NCBI GenBank assembly: GCA_965220745.1
Contig: CBDCQT010000013.1
Location: forward strand, 960,001-1,024,000
Direction: 5' to 3'
DNA: 64,000 nt
From: Alphaproteobacteria bacterium
Lineage (GTDB): Bacteria; Pseudomonadota; Alphaproteobacteria; UBA828
Shown here: positions 29,942-39,200 of the stretch, piece after piece
How positions within the stretch are numbered: position 1 is the first letter of the stretch
How the letters are laid out: each line of letters begins with the position of its first letter
Made by a program: the position numbers and the translations under genes
Notes under the pieces: model-generated
What the model saw: only the letters and a program-made list of their open reading frames with translations
Told to the model about the DNA's origin: nothing
Database searches by the model: none

Positions 29942-31444
29942 ATGAAGATTGCATTTTCCGAAATCGCGACACCGGCCAGGGGAGTGGTCGCCGTCGTCGT
30001 CACGGAGGAGCGTACCCTCGGCGCGACCGGACGCCAGTTGGACGAACAGACGGACGGCGCACTCAGCCGGGCACTTGCCGCTGGCCGCTTCAAGGGGAAG
30101 CAGGGCACGTCCACCACCATCGTCGCGCCGCACGGCCTCGACGTCGATGCCGTGATCCTGGTCGGCCTCGGCAAGCCGGGGAAGATCGACGGCCGGGGCT
30201 TGAGGGCGCTCGGCGGCAGCGTCGTCAGCAAGATGAATGCCGCCGGCGCGAAGGCCGGCGCCGTTGCGGTGGATGCGGTCGACGGTGCCAGCATGGCGCC
30301 GCCCGCGATGGCAGCCGAAATCGCCCTCGGTGCGCGCCTCGGCAGCTACAGTTTCGACAAGTACCACACCAAGAAAAAGGACGAGGACAAGAAGAGCCTC
30401 GGCGAACTCACCGTGATGCTCGACGATCCGGCAGCGGCGGAAGACGCATTCACGCCGAACGATAACCTCGCGGACGGCGTCTTCCTCACGCGCGACATGG
30501 TCTCCGAGCCGAGCAACGTCAAATATCCGAAGACCATCACGGAGGATATCGAGGCGCTCGTCGAGGATGGGATCGAGGTGGAAATCTTCGACCGCGAGAA
30601 GATGGCGGGCCTCGGGATGGGATCGCTGCTCGGCGTCGCACAGGGCAGCGAGAACGAGCCCTATCTCGCGATCATGCGTTGGAACGGCGCGCCCGAAGGG
30701 GCCGACGCTCAGCCCGTCGCCTTCATCGGCAAGGGCGTGACCTTCGATACCGGCGGTATCTCCATCAAGCCGAGTCAGGGCATGGAGGAGATGAAGTACG
30801 ACATGGCCGGCGCGGGCACCGTGGTCGGCCTGATGAAGTGCCTGGCCGGCCGCAAGGCGCGGGTCAACGCGATTGGCGTGGTGGGGCTGGTGGAGAACAT
30901 GCCCGACGGCAAGGCGCAGCGGCCGGGCGATGTGGTCACCTCCATGTCGGGCCAGACCATCGAGGTCATCAACACCGACGCCGAAGGCCGGCTCGTGCTG
31001 GCCGACGCGCTCTGGTACACGCAGGAGACCTTCAAGCCGCAGTTCATGATCAATCTCGCCACGCTCACCGGCGCGATCATAATCTGTCTCGGCACCTACC
31101 AGGCGGGCCTCTTCAGCAACAACAACGAGCTGTCGGAGCGCCTGATCGCGGCGGGCAAGGAAAGCGGCGAGGAAGTGTGGCGCATGCCGCTCGGCGAGCG
31201 CTACGACAAGGACATCGACTCCGCCATCGCGGACATGAAGAACGTCGGCAAGGGGCGCGAGGCCGGCAGCGTGGCCGCGGCGCAGTTTCTGCAACGCTTC
31301 GTCAACGGCGTGCCGTGGGCTCATCTCGACATCGCTGGCATGGCCTGGATGAAGCGCGGCGACGATCCCACCGTGCCCAAGGGCGCGTCGGGCTACGGCG
31401 TCCGCCTGCTCGATCAGCTGGTGCGGGCGCACTACGAGGGCTGA
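29942..31444 (+). CDS. pepA: leucyl aminopeptidase (M17)
   Basis: GKGVTFDTGG, MKYDMAG, NTDAEGRL, ATLTGA, WAHLDIAG. Confidence 0.96.
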   Translation: MKIAFSEIATPARGVVAVVVTEERTLGATGRQLDEQTDGALSRALAAGRFKGKQGTSTTIVAPHGLDVDAVILVGLGKPGKIDGRGLRALGGSVVSKMNAAGAKAGAVAVDAVDGASMAPPAMAAEIALGARLGSYSFDKYHTKKKDEDKKSLGELTVMLDDPAAAEDAFTPNDNLADGVFLTRDMVSEPSNVKYPKTITEDIEALVEDGIEVEIFDREKMAGLGMGSLLGVAQGSENEPYLAIMRWNGAPEGADAQPVAFIGKGVTFDTGGISIKPSQGMEEMKYDMAGAGTVVGLMKCLAGRKARVNAIGVVGLVENMPDGKAQRPGDVVTSMSGQTIEVINTDAEGRLVLADALWYTQETFKPQFMINLATLTGAIIICLGTYQAGLFSNNNELSERLIAAGKESGEEVWRMPLGERYDKDIDSAIADMKNVGKGREAGSVAAAQFLQRFVNGVPWAHLDIAGMAWMKRGDDPTVPKGASGYGVRLLDQLVRAHYEG

Positions 31445-31454
31445 CGCCGGCGCG

Positions 31455-31904
31455 ATGGTCGAGATCGCCTTCTACCAGCTTCGCCGCACGCCGCTGGAGA
31501 AGGCGCTCCCGAAGCTATTGGAGAAAGTGTTGGAGAGCGGGCGCCGCGCCGTGGTGCTCGCCGCCTCAGAGGAGCGTGCAGAGGCGCTGAACGCGGCGCT
31601 CTGGACCTACGAGCAGGGCTCGTTCCTGCCCCACGGCACGGCGCGCGATGGCAAGTCCGAGCGCCAGCCGATCTTTCTTGCCACCGACGATACCAATCCC
31701 AACGGCGCCGAGATCGCCGTCATGGTCGACGGTATCGCCCCTGCCGATCCCGGTGGCTTCGAGCGCTGCTTCGACATGTTCGACGGGACCGATCCGGCCG
31801 CGCTTGAGGCAGCACGCGCACGCTGGCGGGCGCACAAGGAGCGGGGCGATACGGTCACCTATTGGGAGCAGACCCAGAGCGGCGGATGGGAACAGCGAGC
31901 GTAG
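31455..31904 (+). CDS. holC: DNA polymerase III subunit chi
   Basis: FYQL, LWT..SFLPHG, ARARW; follows pepA. Confidence 0.93.
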   Translation: MVEIAFYQLRRTPLEKALPKLLEKVLESGRRAVVLAASEERAEALNAALWTYEQGSFLPHGTARDGKSERQPIFLATDDTNPNGAEIAVMVDGIAPADPGGFERCFDMFDGTDPAALEAARARWRAHKERGDTVTYWEQTQSGGWEQRA

Positions 31905-33295
31905 TGGGATCGAAGACTGTCACTGACCGGATCAGGGCCGATCTCTGCGTGATCGGCGCCGGCTCGGCGGGGCTCTCGCTCGCTGCGGGCGCCGTTCAGA
32001 TGGGCGCCTCGGTAATCCTGATCGAGCAGTCCCGGATGGGCGGGGAATGCCTGAACACCGGCTGCGTGCCCTCCAAGGCGCTGCTGGCTGCCGCCGCGAG
32101 GGGCGACGATTTCGCCGCCGCCTACGAGCACATGCGGGGAGCCATCGCAGCGATCGAGCCGCACGATTCGGTCGAGCGTTTCCGTGGCCTCGGCGTCCAC
32201 GTGGAGCTCGGCAAGGCCCAGTTTGTCGCGCCACGGTTCTTGGAGGTGGGCAGCACCAGCGTCACCGCGCGGCGCTTCATCATCGCCACCGGGTCTGCGC
32301 CGGTGGTGCCGGCAATTCCGGGGCTCGACTCGGTGCCCTATTTCACCAACGAGACCCTGTTCGACTCGGCGCCGGAGCCGACCCATCTGCTGGTGCTGGG
32401 CGGTGGCCCGGTCGGGGCCGAGATGGCCCAGGCCTACCGCCGGCTCGGGGCGCAGGTCACGCTGTTCGAATCCAAGCGTCTGCTCGGGCGCGACGATCCC
32501 GAGCTCGCGGCCGTCGTGCGTGCGCGGTTGATCGAAGAAGGCGTGACAGTCCACGAGGAGAGCCGGGTCACGGCGGTCGAGGCGAGCGCGGACGGCGGCG
32601 TCACGATTGCCTGTGGCGAGGGTAATGCGAGTCGGCGGGTCAGCGGCTCGCACCTGCTGGTGGCGGCGGGGCGTCGGCCGAAGATCGACGGTCTCGGCCT
32701 TGAGAACGCGAAGGTCGCGCTCAACGACGGCGTGCCGCTGGTTGACTCGCGCCTGCGCACGACCAACAAGCGCATCTTCGCGGCGGGCGACGTGGTGGGC
32801 CCCTATCGCTTCACCCACACGGCGAGCTACCAGTCGCGCATCATCATCACCAACGCGCTGTTCCGGCTCCCGGCGAAGGCTCGCTACAGCGCGGTGCCGT
32901 GGGTCACCTATACCGATCCCGAGCTCGCCCATGTCGGCATGAGCGAAGCAGAGGCGCGGAACACGGGCCACGAGCTGCGCATCCTGCGCTTCCCCTTCGA
33001 GGAGAACGACCGCGCCATCGCCGAGGGCGCCACAGCCGGGCTGGTCAAGGTGGCCGCGACGAAGCGGGGCCGGGTGCTGGGCGCCTCCATCGTCGGCAAA
33101 CACGCCGGCGAGCTGATCTTGCCGTGGGTGCTCGCGGTGCAGTGCCGGATCGGGGTCAGCAAGATCGCGCAGACGATCGTGCCCTATCCGACCATGAGCG
33201 AGGCGAGCGCCAGGGCCGCCGGCAGCTTCCACGCGCCGATGCTGTTCAGCCCGCGCACCCGCCGTCTGGTGCGCATGCTCGCCCGATTAGGGTAG
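31904..33295 (+). CDS. pyridine nucleotide-disulfide oxidoreductase (MerA/E3-like)
   Basis: VIGAGSAG, GGECLNTGCVPSK, ATGS, GGGPVG.E, AAGD, YPTMSE; no MerA metal-binding N-domain or C-terminal CC. Confidence 0.88.
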   Translation: MGSKTVTDRIRADLCVIGAGSAGLSLAAGAVQMGASVILIEQSRMGGECLNTGCVPSKALLAAAARGDDFAAAYEHMRGAIAAIEPHDSVERFRGLGVHVELGKAQFVAPRFLEVGSTSVTARRFIIATGSAPVVPAIPGLDSVPYFTNETLFDSAPEPTHLLVLGGGPVGAEMAQAYRRLGAQVTLFESKRLLGRDDPELAAVVRARLIEEGVTVHEESRVTAVEASADGGVTIACGEGNASRRVSGSHLLVAAGRRPKIDGLGLENAKVALNDGVPLVDSRLRTTNKRIFAAGDVVGPYRFTHTASYQSRIIITNALFRLPAKARYSAVPWVTYTDPELAHVGMSEAEARNTGHELRILRFPFEENDRAIAEGATAGLVKVAATKRGRVLGASIVGKHAGELILPWVLAVQCRIGVSKIAQTIVPYPTMSEASARAAGSFHAPMLFSPRTRRLVRMLARLG

Positions 33296-33360
33296 TCGTC
33301 CTCCGTTCGCGGGCTCTATAGTCGGGTCGGCGAAGCAACAGGCGATCGCTCCGGGACGTC

Positions 33361-34803
33361 TTGGCTGGGTTTTCCCTTTCGGTGCTGTCGCGAGCCGCCC
33401 GCGGCCTCTCGGCGCGGCTGCTGGTGCTCACGATCCTCTTCGTCCTCCTGGGCGAGGTCTTCATCTACGTCCCCTCGATCGCGCGTCATCGCCTGGTCTT
33501 CCTCGAAGAGCGGATCGAGGCCGCGCGGATCGCGGCGCTGGCGGTGGAGGCGTCGCCGGACGGGATGGTGACCGAGGAGCTTCGCCTCGCCCTGCTGGAC
33601 CGTGCCGGGGTCTCGGCCATCTCGATCAAGCGGCCCGGCACGCGCCTGCTCGTGCTCAGCGACGACTTGCCGGTGACGATCGACGCGACCTTCGATTTGC
33701 GCGAGGCGACGCCGATGGGCCTGATTGGCCATGCGGCCGATGCGTTGCAGAACGGCGGCGAGCGCACGATCCGGGTGATGGGCAACGCGCCCGGCGATCC
33801 CTCCGACACGGTGGTGGACATCGTGCTGCCGGAGGCTCCGCTGTTCGCGTCGATGCTCGACTACTCGGGACGAATTCTATGGCTCTCGATCATTCTGGCC
33901 TTCGTCGTTGCGGGCCTGGTCTATCTCTCGTTGCACTGGCTCATGGTGCTGCCGCTTGGACGCATGACTGACAGCCTGGTCTCGTTCCGCCGCGCGCCGG
34001 AGGACGCCGCCGCGACCGTCAGGGTCAGCGGCCGGCGCGACGAGATCGGCCTGGCCCAGCGGGAGCTGCAAGTCATGCAGCGACGCGTGCGCGGGGCGCT
34101 CCGTCAGCGTGCGCGGCTCGCCGCCGTCGGCGCCGGCGTCGCCAAGATCAACCACGATCTCCGCAACATGCTGGCGACCGCCGCCGTCCTGACCGATCGG
34201 CTGGCGATGGCGCGCGACCCCGAGGTGCAGAAGCTGGCGCTGCCGCTGGTGGCCGCGATCGATCGGGCCATCACGCTCTGCACGCACACGCTGAGCTTTG
34301 CGACGGGCCGGCTGCCGGCGCCCCGGCGCGCGTCGTTCGCCTTGGCACCCCTGGTCGATGAGGTGCGGGCGGCGCTCCCCATCGATGACGGCTCGATCGA
34401 CTGGCGCAACGAGGTGCCGCTGGCGCTCACGATCACCGCCGATCGAGATCAGCTCTATCGGGCCATCAGCAACCTGACCCAGAACGCGGTGCAGGCGCTG
34501 GCTTGCCAGGATGGGGGCGGAACGGTGCGGGTTAGCGCGTGGCGCGACGCGGACGATACGGTCGTGGAGATCGCCGATACCGGTCCCGGCATCTCCGCTC
34601 CAGTGCGCGAGAAGCTGTTCGAGGCTTTTTCGGACGGTGGCCGCGACGAGGGCACCGGTCTCGGCCTCGCCATCGCCCGCGACCTCGTGCGCAATCACGG
34701 CGGCGACATCAGCCTCGAATACTCCGACCCGACCGGTACCGTCTTCAGGCTGCGCTTGCCTGACACCCCCGATCAGGAAGTCGTCGAACCGCAGGACGAG
34801 TGA
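33361..34803 (+). CDS. HAMP-domain sensor histidine kinase
   Basis: two TM segments, DEIG (HAMP), HDLRN H-box, NL.QNA, DTGPG, GTGLGL. Confidence 0.92.
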   Translation: MAGFSLSVLSRAARGLSARLLVLTILFVLLGEVFIYVPSIARHRLVFLEERIEAARIAALAVEASPDGMVTEELRLALLDRAGVSAISIKRPGTRLLVLSDDLPVTIDATFDLREATPMGLIGHAADALQNGGERTIRVMGNAPGDPSDTVVDIVLPEAPLFASMLDYSGRILWLSIILAFVVAGLVYLSLHWLMVLPLGRMTDSLVSFRRAPEDAAATVRVSGRRDEIGLAQRELQVMQRRVRGALRQRARLAAVGAGVAKINHDLRNMLATAAVLTDRLAMARDPEVQKLALPLVAAIDRAITLCTHTLSFATGRLPAPRRASFALAPLVDEVRAALPIDDGSIDWRNEVPLALTITADRDQLYRAISNLTQNAVQALACQDGGGTVRVSAWRDADDTVVEIADTGPGISAPVREKLFEAFSDGGRDEGTGLGLAIARDLVRNHGGDISLEYSDPTGTVFRLRLPDTPDQEVVEPQDE

Positions 34804-34821
34804 TCGGGGAGGATCGTCGGC

Positions 34822-34972
34822 TTAGAGCGTTTCCGTTATGCACGGAAACGCTCTGGTTTCTTTGTCGCTCACGGCAGCCGGCCTGCGGCCGGCGCCTGCG
34901 CGGGCGCGCCGCATAAGCGGCGGGCCGCAGTCGCGGCCTGTCGCGTGTCCGTCAAAGACGGACACGCTCTAA
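34822..34972. mobile_element. 151-bp MITE/CIR-like palindromic element
   Basis: terminal inverted repeats TTAGAGCGT(T/G)TCCGT; perfect 13-bp stem at 34824-34854 and 11-bp stem at 34943-34967; internal hairpins. Confidence 0.75.
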
Positions 34973-36711
34973 TGGCCGAGGGCGATCCCTTCGCGGCGCG
35001 GGTCGGCGCCGCCTTCCAGCATTCCGTCCACACGGCGGATGGCGTGCAGGCCGCTCGTCAGGGGCCGGATGCGAACCTCGTGCCCCAGAACCTCCAGCGC
35101 GGGTGCGATCCGTTCGAGAGGGGTGCCCGCCTCCAGCTCGGTCGCGCCGTTCCGGTTGACATGGCGGGGCAGGCTGAGCGCGGCCTGGGCGTCGAGGCCC
35201 CAATCGAGCATGGCGATCACCGACTGGGCGACGAAGCCGATGATGCGCGACCCACCCGGTGAGCCGAGGCTCGCGACCAGTCGTCCCGCCTCATCGAAGA
35301 CCAGCGTCGGTGTCATGGAGGAGCGCGGGCGCTTGCCCGGCTGCACGCGGTTTGCGACCGGGCCGTGTTCGCTGGTCGGGGCGAAGGAGAAGTCCGTGAG
35401 TTGGTTGTTCAGGAAAAACCCCGCCGCCATGAGACGCGAACCGAAGGCGCGCTCCACGCTGGTGGTAAAGGAGACGGCGTTGCCGCGCGCATCGACGACC
35501 GAGAGATGGCTGGTGGAGGCGAACTCCGGCGCCGCCGCGTCGGCCCGCGCGAGGCCGTCGGAGCCGGGAGGGGCGCCCGGCGCGGCCTCGCCCATTGCGC
35601 GATCGGGGTCGATCAGGCCAGCGCGCCGGCGCAGGTAGTCGGGATCGAGCATGCCCGCCACCGGGACCCGCACGAAGTCCGTGTCCGCCAGGTAGCGATT
35701 GCGGTCGGCGAAGGCGAGGCGGCTCGCTTCGCTGATCAGGTGGACGGCTTCCACCGAACCGGGCTTAAGTGCAGCGAGATCGAAAGGCTCCAGCAGCCCA
35801 AGGATTTGCAGCAACGTCACGCCGCCGGAGCTCGGCGGCCCCATGCTGCAAACCCGGTGGCGCCGGTAGTCGCCACACACCGGCGGCCGCACCTTGGCGC
35901 GGTAGCCGGCGAGGTCGTTGAGCGCGAGCGCGCCCGGATTCACCGGATCGTCCCGCACGGCGGCGACGATCTCCGCCGCGATCCACCCCTCATGGAGGGC
36001 GTCCGCTCCCTCGCGTGCGATGGCGCGCATGGTTTCGGCGTAGGCCGGGTTGACCAGCGTCTCGCCGACGCTCTTCGGACTGCCGTCCGGGTCGAACAAG
36101 TAGTCGCGAGCGTTCGGAAAGCGCGCGAGATCGGGGTTCTTCTCGATCATGTATGCGAGCCGAGGCGAGATGGCGAAGCCACGCTCGGCGAGCACGACGG
36201 CAGGGTCGAAAAGATGGGCCCAGGGCGTGCGGCCGTGAGCGCGATGGACTCGTTCAAGCATCCGGACGACGCCCGGCACCCCGACCGGCAGACCGCCGAC
36301 GGCTGCCTCCGGCCACGGACGGGGTGTGCCGTCCGCGGCCAGAAACAAGGTCTCATCGGCGGCGGCCGGCGCCGTCTCGCGTCCTTCGTAGCTTTCCACG
36401 GTGTTCCGCGCGGCGTCGTAATAGAGCAGAAATCCGCCGCCGCCGATGCCCGAGGATTGCGGTTCGACCAGACCGAGCACCATTTGCGCCGCGATGGCCG
36501 CGTCGATGGCGTCACCGCCCGCTGCGAGGATGCGGGCGCCGGCCTCCACCGCTGCGGGGTGCGCCGCTGCGATCATCGCGTGGCTGGTGCGGGCCGGGGC
36601 GTCGGCCGCGGGCGCGGCAGCCGGCACGCTCAGGGCCGTCAGCGCGAGTAGGGTCAGCGCGGCCAGCCTCGCGAAGGGCCCGCACCGTGGCCTAGCAACT
36701 GTGGGACGCAT
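34969..36711 (-). CDS. ggt: gamma-glutamyltransferase
   Basis: signal peptide, PQSSGIGGG, GRETAP, PPSSGG, S-T-S-H nucleophile, NNQLTDF, KRPRSSMTP, GSPGGS. Confidence 0.95.
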   Translation of the reverse strand: MRPTVARPRCGPFARLAALTLLALTALSVPAAAPAADAPARTSHAMIAAAHPAAVEAGARILAAGGDAIDAAIAAQMVLGLVEPQSSGIGGGGFLLYYDAARNTVESYEGRETAPAAADETLFLAADGTPRPWPEAAVGGLPVGVPGVVRMLERVHRAHGRTPWAHLFDPAVVLAERGFAISPRLAYMIEKNPDLARFPNARDYLFDPDGSPKSVGETLVNPAYAETMRAIAREGADALHEGWIAAEIVAAVRDDPVNPGALALNDLAGYRAKVRPPVCGDYRRHRVCSMGPPSSGGVTLLQILGLLEPFDLAALKPGSVEAVHLISEASRLAFADRNRYLADTDFVRVPVAGMLDPDYLRRRAGLIDPDRAMGEAAPGAPPGSDGLARADAAAPEFASTSHLSVVDARGNAVSFTTSVERAFGSRLMAAGFFLNNQLTDFSFAPTSEHGPVANRVQPGKRPRSSMTPTLVFDEAGRLVASLGSPGGSRIIGFVAQSVIAMLDWGLDAQAALSLPRHVNRNGATELEAGTPLERIAPALEVLGHEVRIRPLTSGLHAIRRVDGMLEGGADPRREGIALGH

Positions 36712-36727
36712 CGCTGGCCCCGACCGC

Positions 36728-36756
36728 TTGACGCGGCACCGGCGCTTCACTAAGTG
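36728..36756 (+). promoter_or_regulatory. probable tRNA promoter
   Basis: TTGACG-N17-TAAGTG just upstream of the tRNA. Confidence 0.5.
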
Positions 36757-36767
36757 AAGCCGGCGGC

Positions 36768-36845
<78 letters not shown>

Positions 36846-37131
36846 TTTGCCTCCCTCGAATTGCTCAAAGCCCCGGCCTGAGTGGTCGGCGTGCCCACGC
36901 CGCAGCGGCATAATGCGGCGGCCTACTCCAGCTATGCAAAATTCGGCTGCCATGTACGCTTGCCAAGCGACCGCAGGTATAGCAGCGTGTCGTACCGGCC
37001 GTTGGCTCATCAGCGTCTCAGCATTGGGCGGAGGGTGACGACGGAGCCACGGCGGTAGAGGCCACGCGGGAATGGCTTCGGCCAGCGCGACAACATGCCC
37101 GCACGGCCTCCTATTGAGCGGGGACCAAAGA

Positions 37132-37554
37132 GTGAGCGCGCATCTTACCCTCAACATGGAAGCGCATCTCGACGAAATCGAGCGTATTCGCGCGGCGGTC
37201 AGGATCTTGTCGCAAGCCGAATCCTGGCCTCCCGAGCTCCTGTTTCAAATCGAGCTCGTGCTCGAAGAGATCGGCACCAACATCATAAAGTACGGTCAGG
37301 ACGGTGAGAGGGAGACGGACATCGATATCACCCTGACCTCCGACCGCAAGTCTCTAACCCTGGAGATCACCGACAACGGCAAGCCGTTCGATCCGTTTGC
37401 CGATGCACCGCCACCGGATCTCGACTCGGCGGTCCCGGACCGCCCGATCGGCGGGCTCGGCGTCTATCTCGTGCGCGAGTTGATGGACGAGGCCAGCTAC
37501 CGGCACGAGGATGGCAAGAACAAGGTAACCCTCGTCAAGCACAAGTCGCTATGA
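37132..37554 (+). CDS. RsbW/SpoIIAB-like anti-sigma factor / Ser kinase
   Basis: LVLEEIGTNIIKYG, DNGKPFDP, RPIGGLGVYLV..LMD. Confidence 0.88.
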   Translation: MSAHLTLNMEAHLDEIERIRAAVRILSQAESWPPELLFQIELVLEEIGTNIIKYGQDGERETDIDITLTSDRKSLTLEITDNGKPFDPFADAPPPDLDSAVPDRPIGGLGVYLVRELMDEASYRHEDGKNKVTLVKHKSL

Positions 37555-37670
37555 CGCGCTCGCGGTACCTCCCCGGTGCGCCGCCGACGGCGGTTACTGC
37601 GGCGCAGGCCTCAGTGCTCTGAACCCGTACCGGGGGCGGCGCGCGGTCCCCGCCCGTGGATAATGTGGCG

Positions 37671-38819
37671 ATGCTCTGGAGCGCGCTCGTGGCGGCGGGT
37701 GCGGCTCTCTGGCTCTGCGTTCTGCTGCTGCCATGGCAACCCTGGCGCGTGCGGGAGCGGCTCGAGCCGGAGCCCGGCCACGATGGTGCGGATATCGGTC
37801 TCGAAGACGTGACAGTGCTGATTCCGGCGCGCGACGAGGCGGCCGTGATCGGCGATACGCTGGCGGTGCTGGGGCGGCAGGGGCGGGGCTTGCGCGTGGT
37901 GCTGGTCGACGACCGCTCCGGCGACGACACGGCAAGGATCGCGCGGCAGGCCGCGCCGGACTCGCTGACCCTCGATATTCACACCGGCGCGCCGCTGGCC
38001 GAGGGCTGGACCGGCAAGCTCTGGGCCCTGGAGCAGGGGCGGCGCCGGATCGAGACCCCGCTCACCCTCCTGCTCGATGCCGACATCACGCTCCGGCCGG
38101 GAATGATCCAGGCACTGCTCGCCAAGAAGTTGGAGAGCGGCGCGGCGCTCGTCTCGGTCATGGCGGCGCTCAGGATGCGGGGAGGCTGGGAGAAGCTGCT
38201 GCTGCCCGCCTTCATCTTCTTCTTTCGCCTGCTTTACCCGTTCCACCTGTCGAACGGCCCCGGCCGGCGGGTCACCGCGGCGGCCGGCGGCTGCGTGCTG
38301 GTGGAGACCTCGGTGCTTGCCCAAATCGGCGGCTTCGAGGCGATTCGGGGCGCGCTCATCGACGACTGCGCGTTGGCGCGGGCGGTCAAGGACGCCGGAC
38401 GACGGACCTGGATCGGTGTGAGCCGCGGGGCGGAAAGTCACCGGACCTATCCGACCCTCGGGGTCGTGTGGCGCATGGTTGCCCGCACCGCGTACACGCA
38501 GCTGCGCTATTCGCCCGTGCTATTGCTGCTCTGCACGCTGCTCATGGCGCTCATGTTTTGGGCACCGCTTATTGGCCTCGGCGGGCCGCTCGCTGCGCAA
38601 ATCGCCGGCGCCGCCGGGCTCGCGGCGATGGCGGCCTGCTACCTGCCGACGATCCGGTACTACCGCCTCTCGCCCGCGTGGGCATTGACGATGCCGCTGA
38701 TCGGCACGCTCTACCTCGCCATGACCTGGCATTCGGCGCTGCGCGATTGGGGTGGGCAGCGGAGCGAATGGAAGGGCCGAGTCTACGGGCGGCGGCCGGA
38801 AGGCGGCGCGGCGGGGTAG
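37671..38819 (+). CDS. hpnB: GT2 hopene-associated glycosyltransferase
   Basis: PARDEA, DDRS.D.T, GWTGKLWAL, DADI, AAAGGC, IRGALIDDCALA, MVARTAYTQLRYSP. Confidence 0.85.
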   Translation: MLWSALVAAGAALWLCVLLLPWQPWRVRERLEPEPGHDGADIGLEDVTVLIPARDEAAVIGDTLAVLGRQGRGLRVVLVDDRSGDDTARIARQAAPDSLTLDIHTGAPLAEGWTGKLWALEQGRRRIETPLTLLLDADITLRPGMIQALLAKKLESGAALVSVMAALRMRGGWEKLLLPAFIFFFRLLYPFHLSNGPGRRVTAAAGGCVLVETSVLAQIGGFEAIRGALIDDCALARAVKDAGRRTWIGVSRGAESHRTYPTLGVVWRMVARTAYTQLRYSPVLLLLCTLLMALMFWAPLIGLGGPLAAQIAGAAGLAAMAACYLPTIRYYRLSPAWALTMPLIGTLYLAMTWHSALRDWGGQRSEWKGRVYGRRPEGGAAG

Positions 38820-38842
38820 GGTGGGCGCCAGCGTGCGGCTTG

Positions 38843-38870
38843 CTTGACGCGCTTAGGCCGGCGTGTCAGC
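38843..38870 (+). promoter_or_regulatory. CTTGAC-N16-GTCAGC dyad / promoter of the HcnABC-like operon
   Basis: TGACGCGC...GCGTGTCA inverted repeat ending about 10 nt before ATG 38880. Confidence 0.45.
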
Positions 38871-38879
38871 ACGGGGCCC

Positions 38880-39200
38880 ATGTCGCAACCAGCGGAGCAA
38901 CGGCCGGATTCGGCGTGTAAGCTCGTGCGTCTAGCCGAGACCGAGCGGCCGAGAATCACGATCTATCACGACGGGCGGCCGCTGGAAGCGCTCACCGGCG
39001 ACACGCTGTTGACCGCGCTGCTCTGCAACGGGGTCGCGCTCCGGCGCAACGAGTTCGACGGGGGCTTGCGCGCCGGATTTTGCAACATGGGTGCGTGCCA
39101 GGACTGCTGGGTCGCGCTTGAGGACGGGCGCCGCCTCCGCGCCTGCACCACGGAGGTGCAGGACGGCATGCGCGTGCGCGTGCCGGAGAGCGTTTCTTGA
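38880..39200 (+). CDS. [2Fe-2S] subunit, HcnA/opine-oxidase-like
   Basis: GDTLLTALL, FCNMGACQDC, RAC. Confidence 0.85.
   Translation: MSQPAEQRPDSACKLVRLAETERPRITIYHDGRPLEALTGDTLLTALLCNGVALRRNEFDGGLRAGFCNMGACQDCWVALEDGRRLRACTTEVQDGMRVRVPESVS

Noticed and set aside
31904-33295. Mercuric reductase merA
   Set aside because: It lacks the N-terminal metal-binding domain, the C-terminal Cys pair and any mer neighbours.
36846-37131. Integrative element at tRNA-His
   Set aside because: There is no integrase, and I did not find a repeat of the tRNA 3' end in the window.
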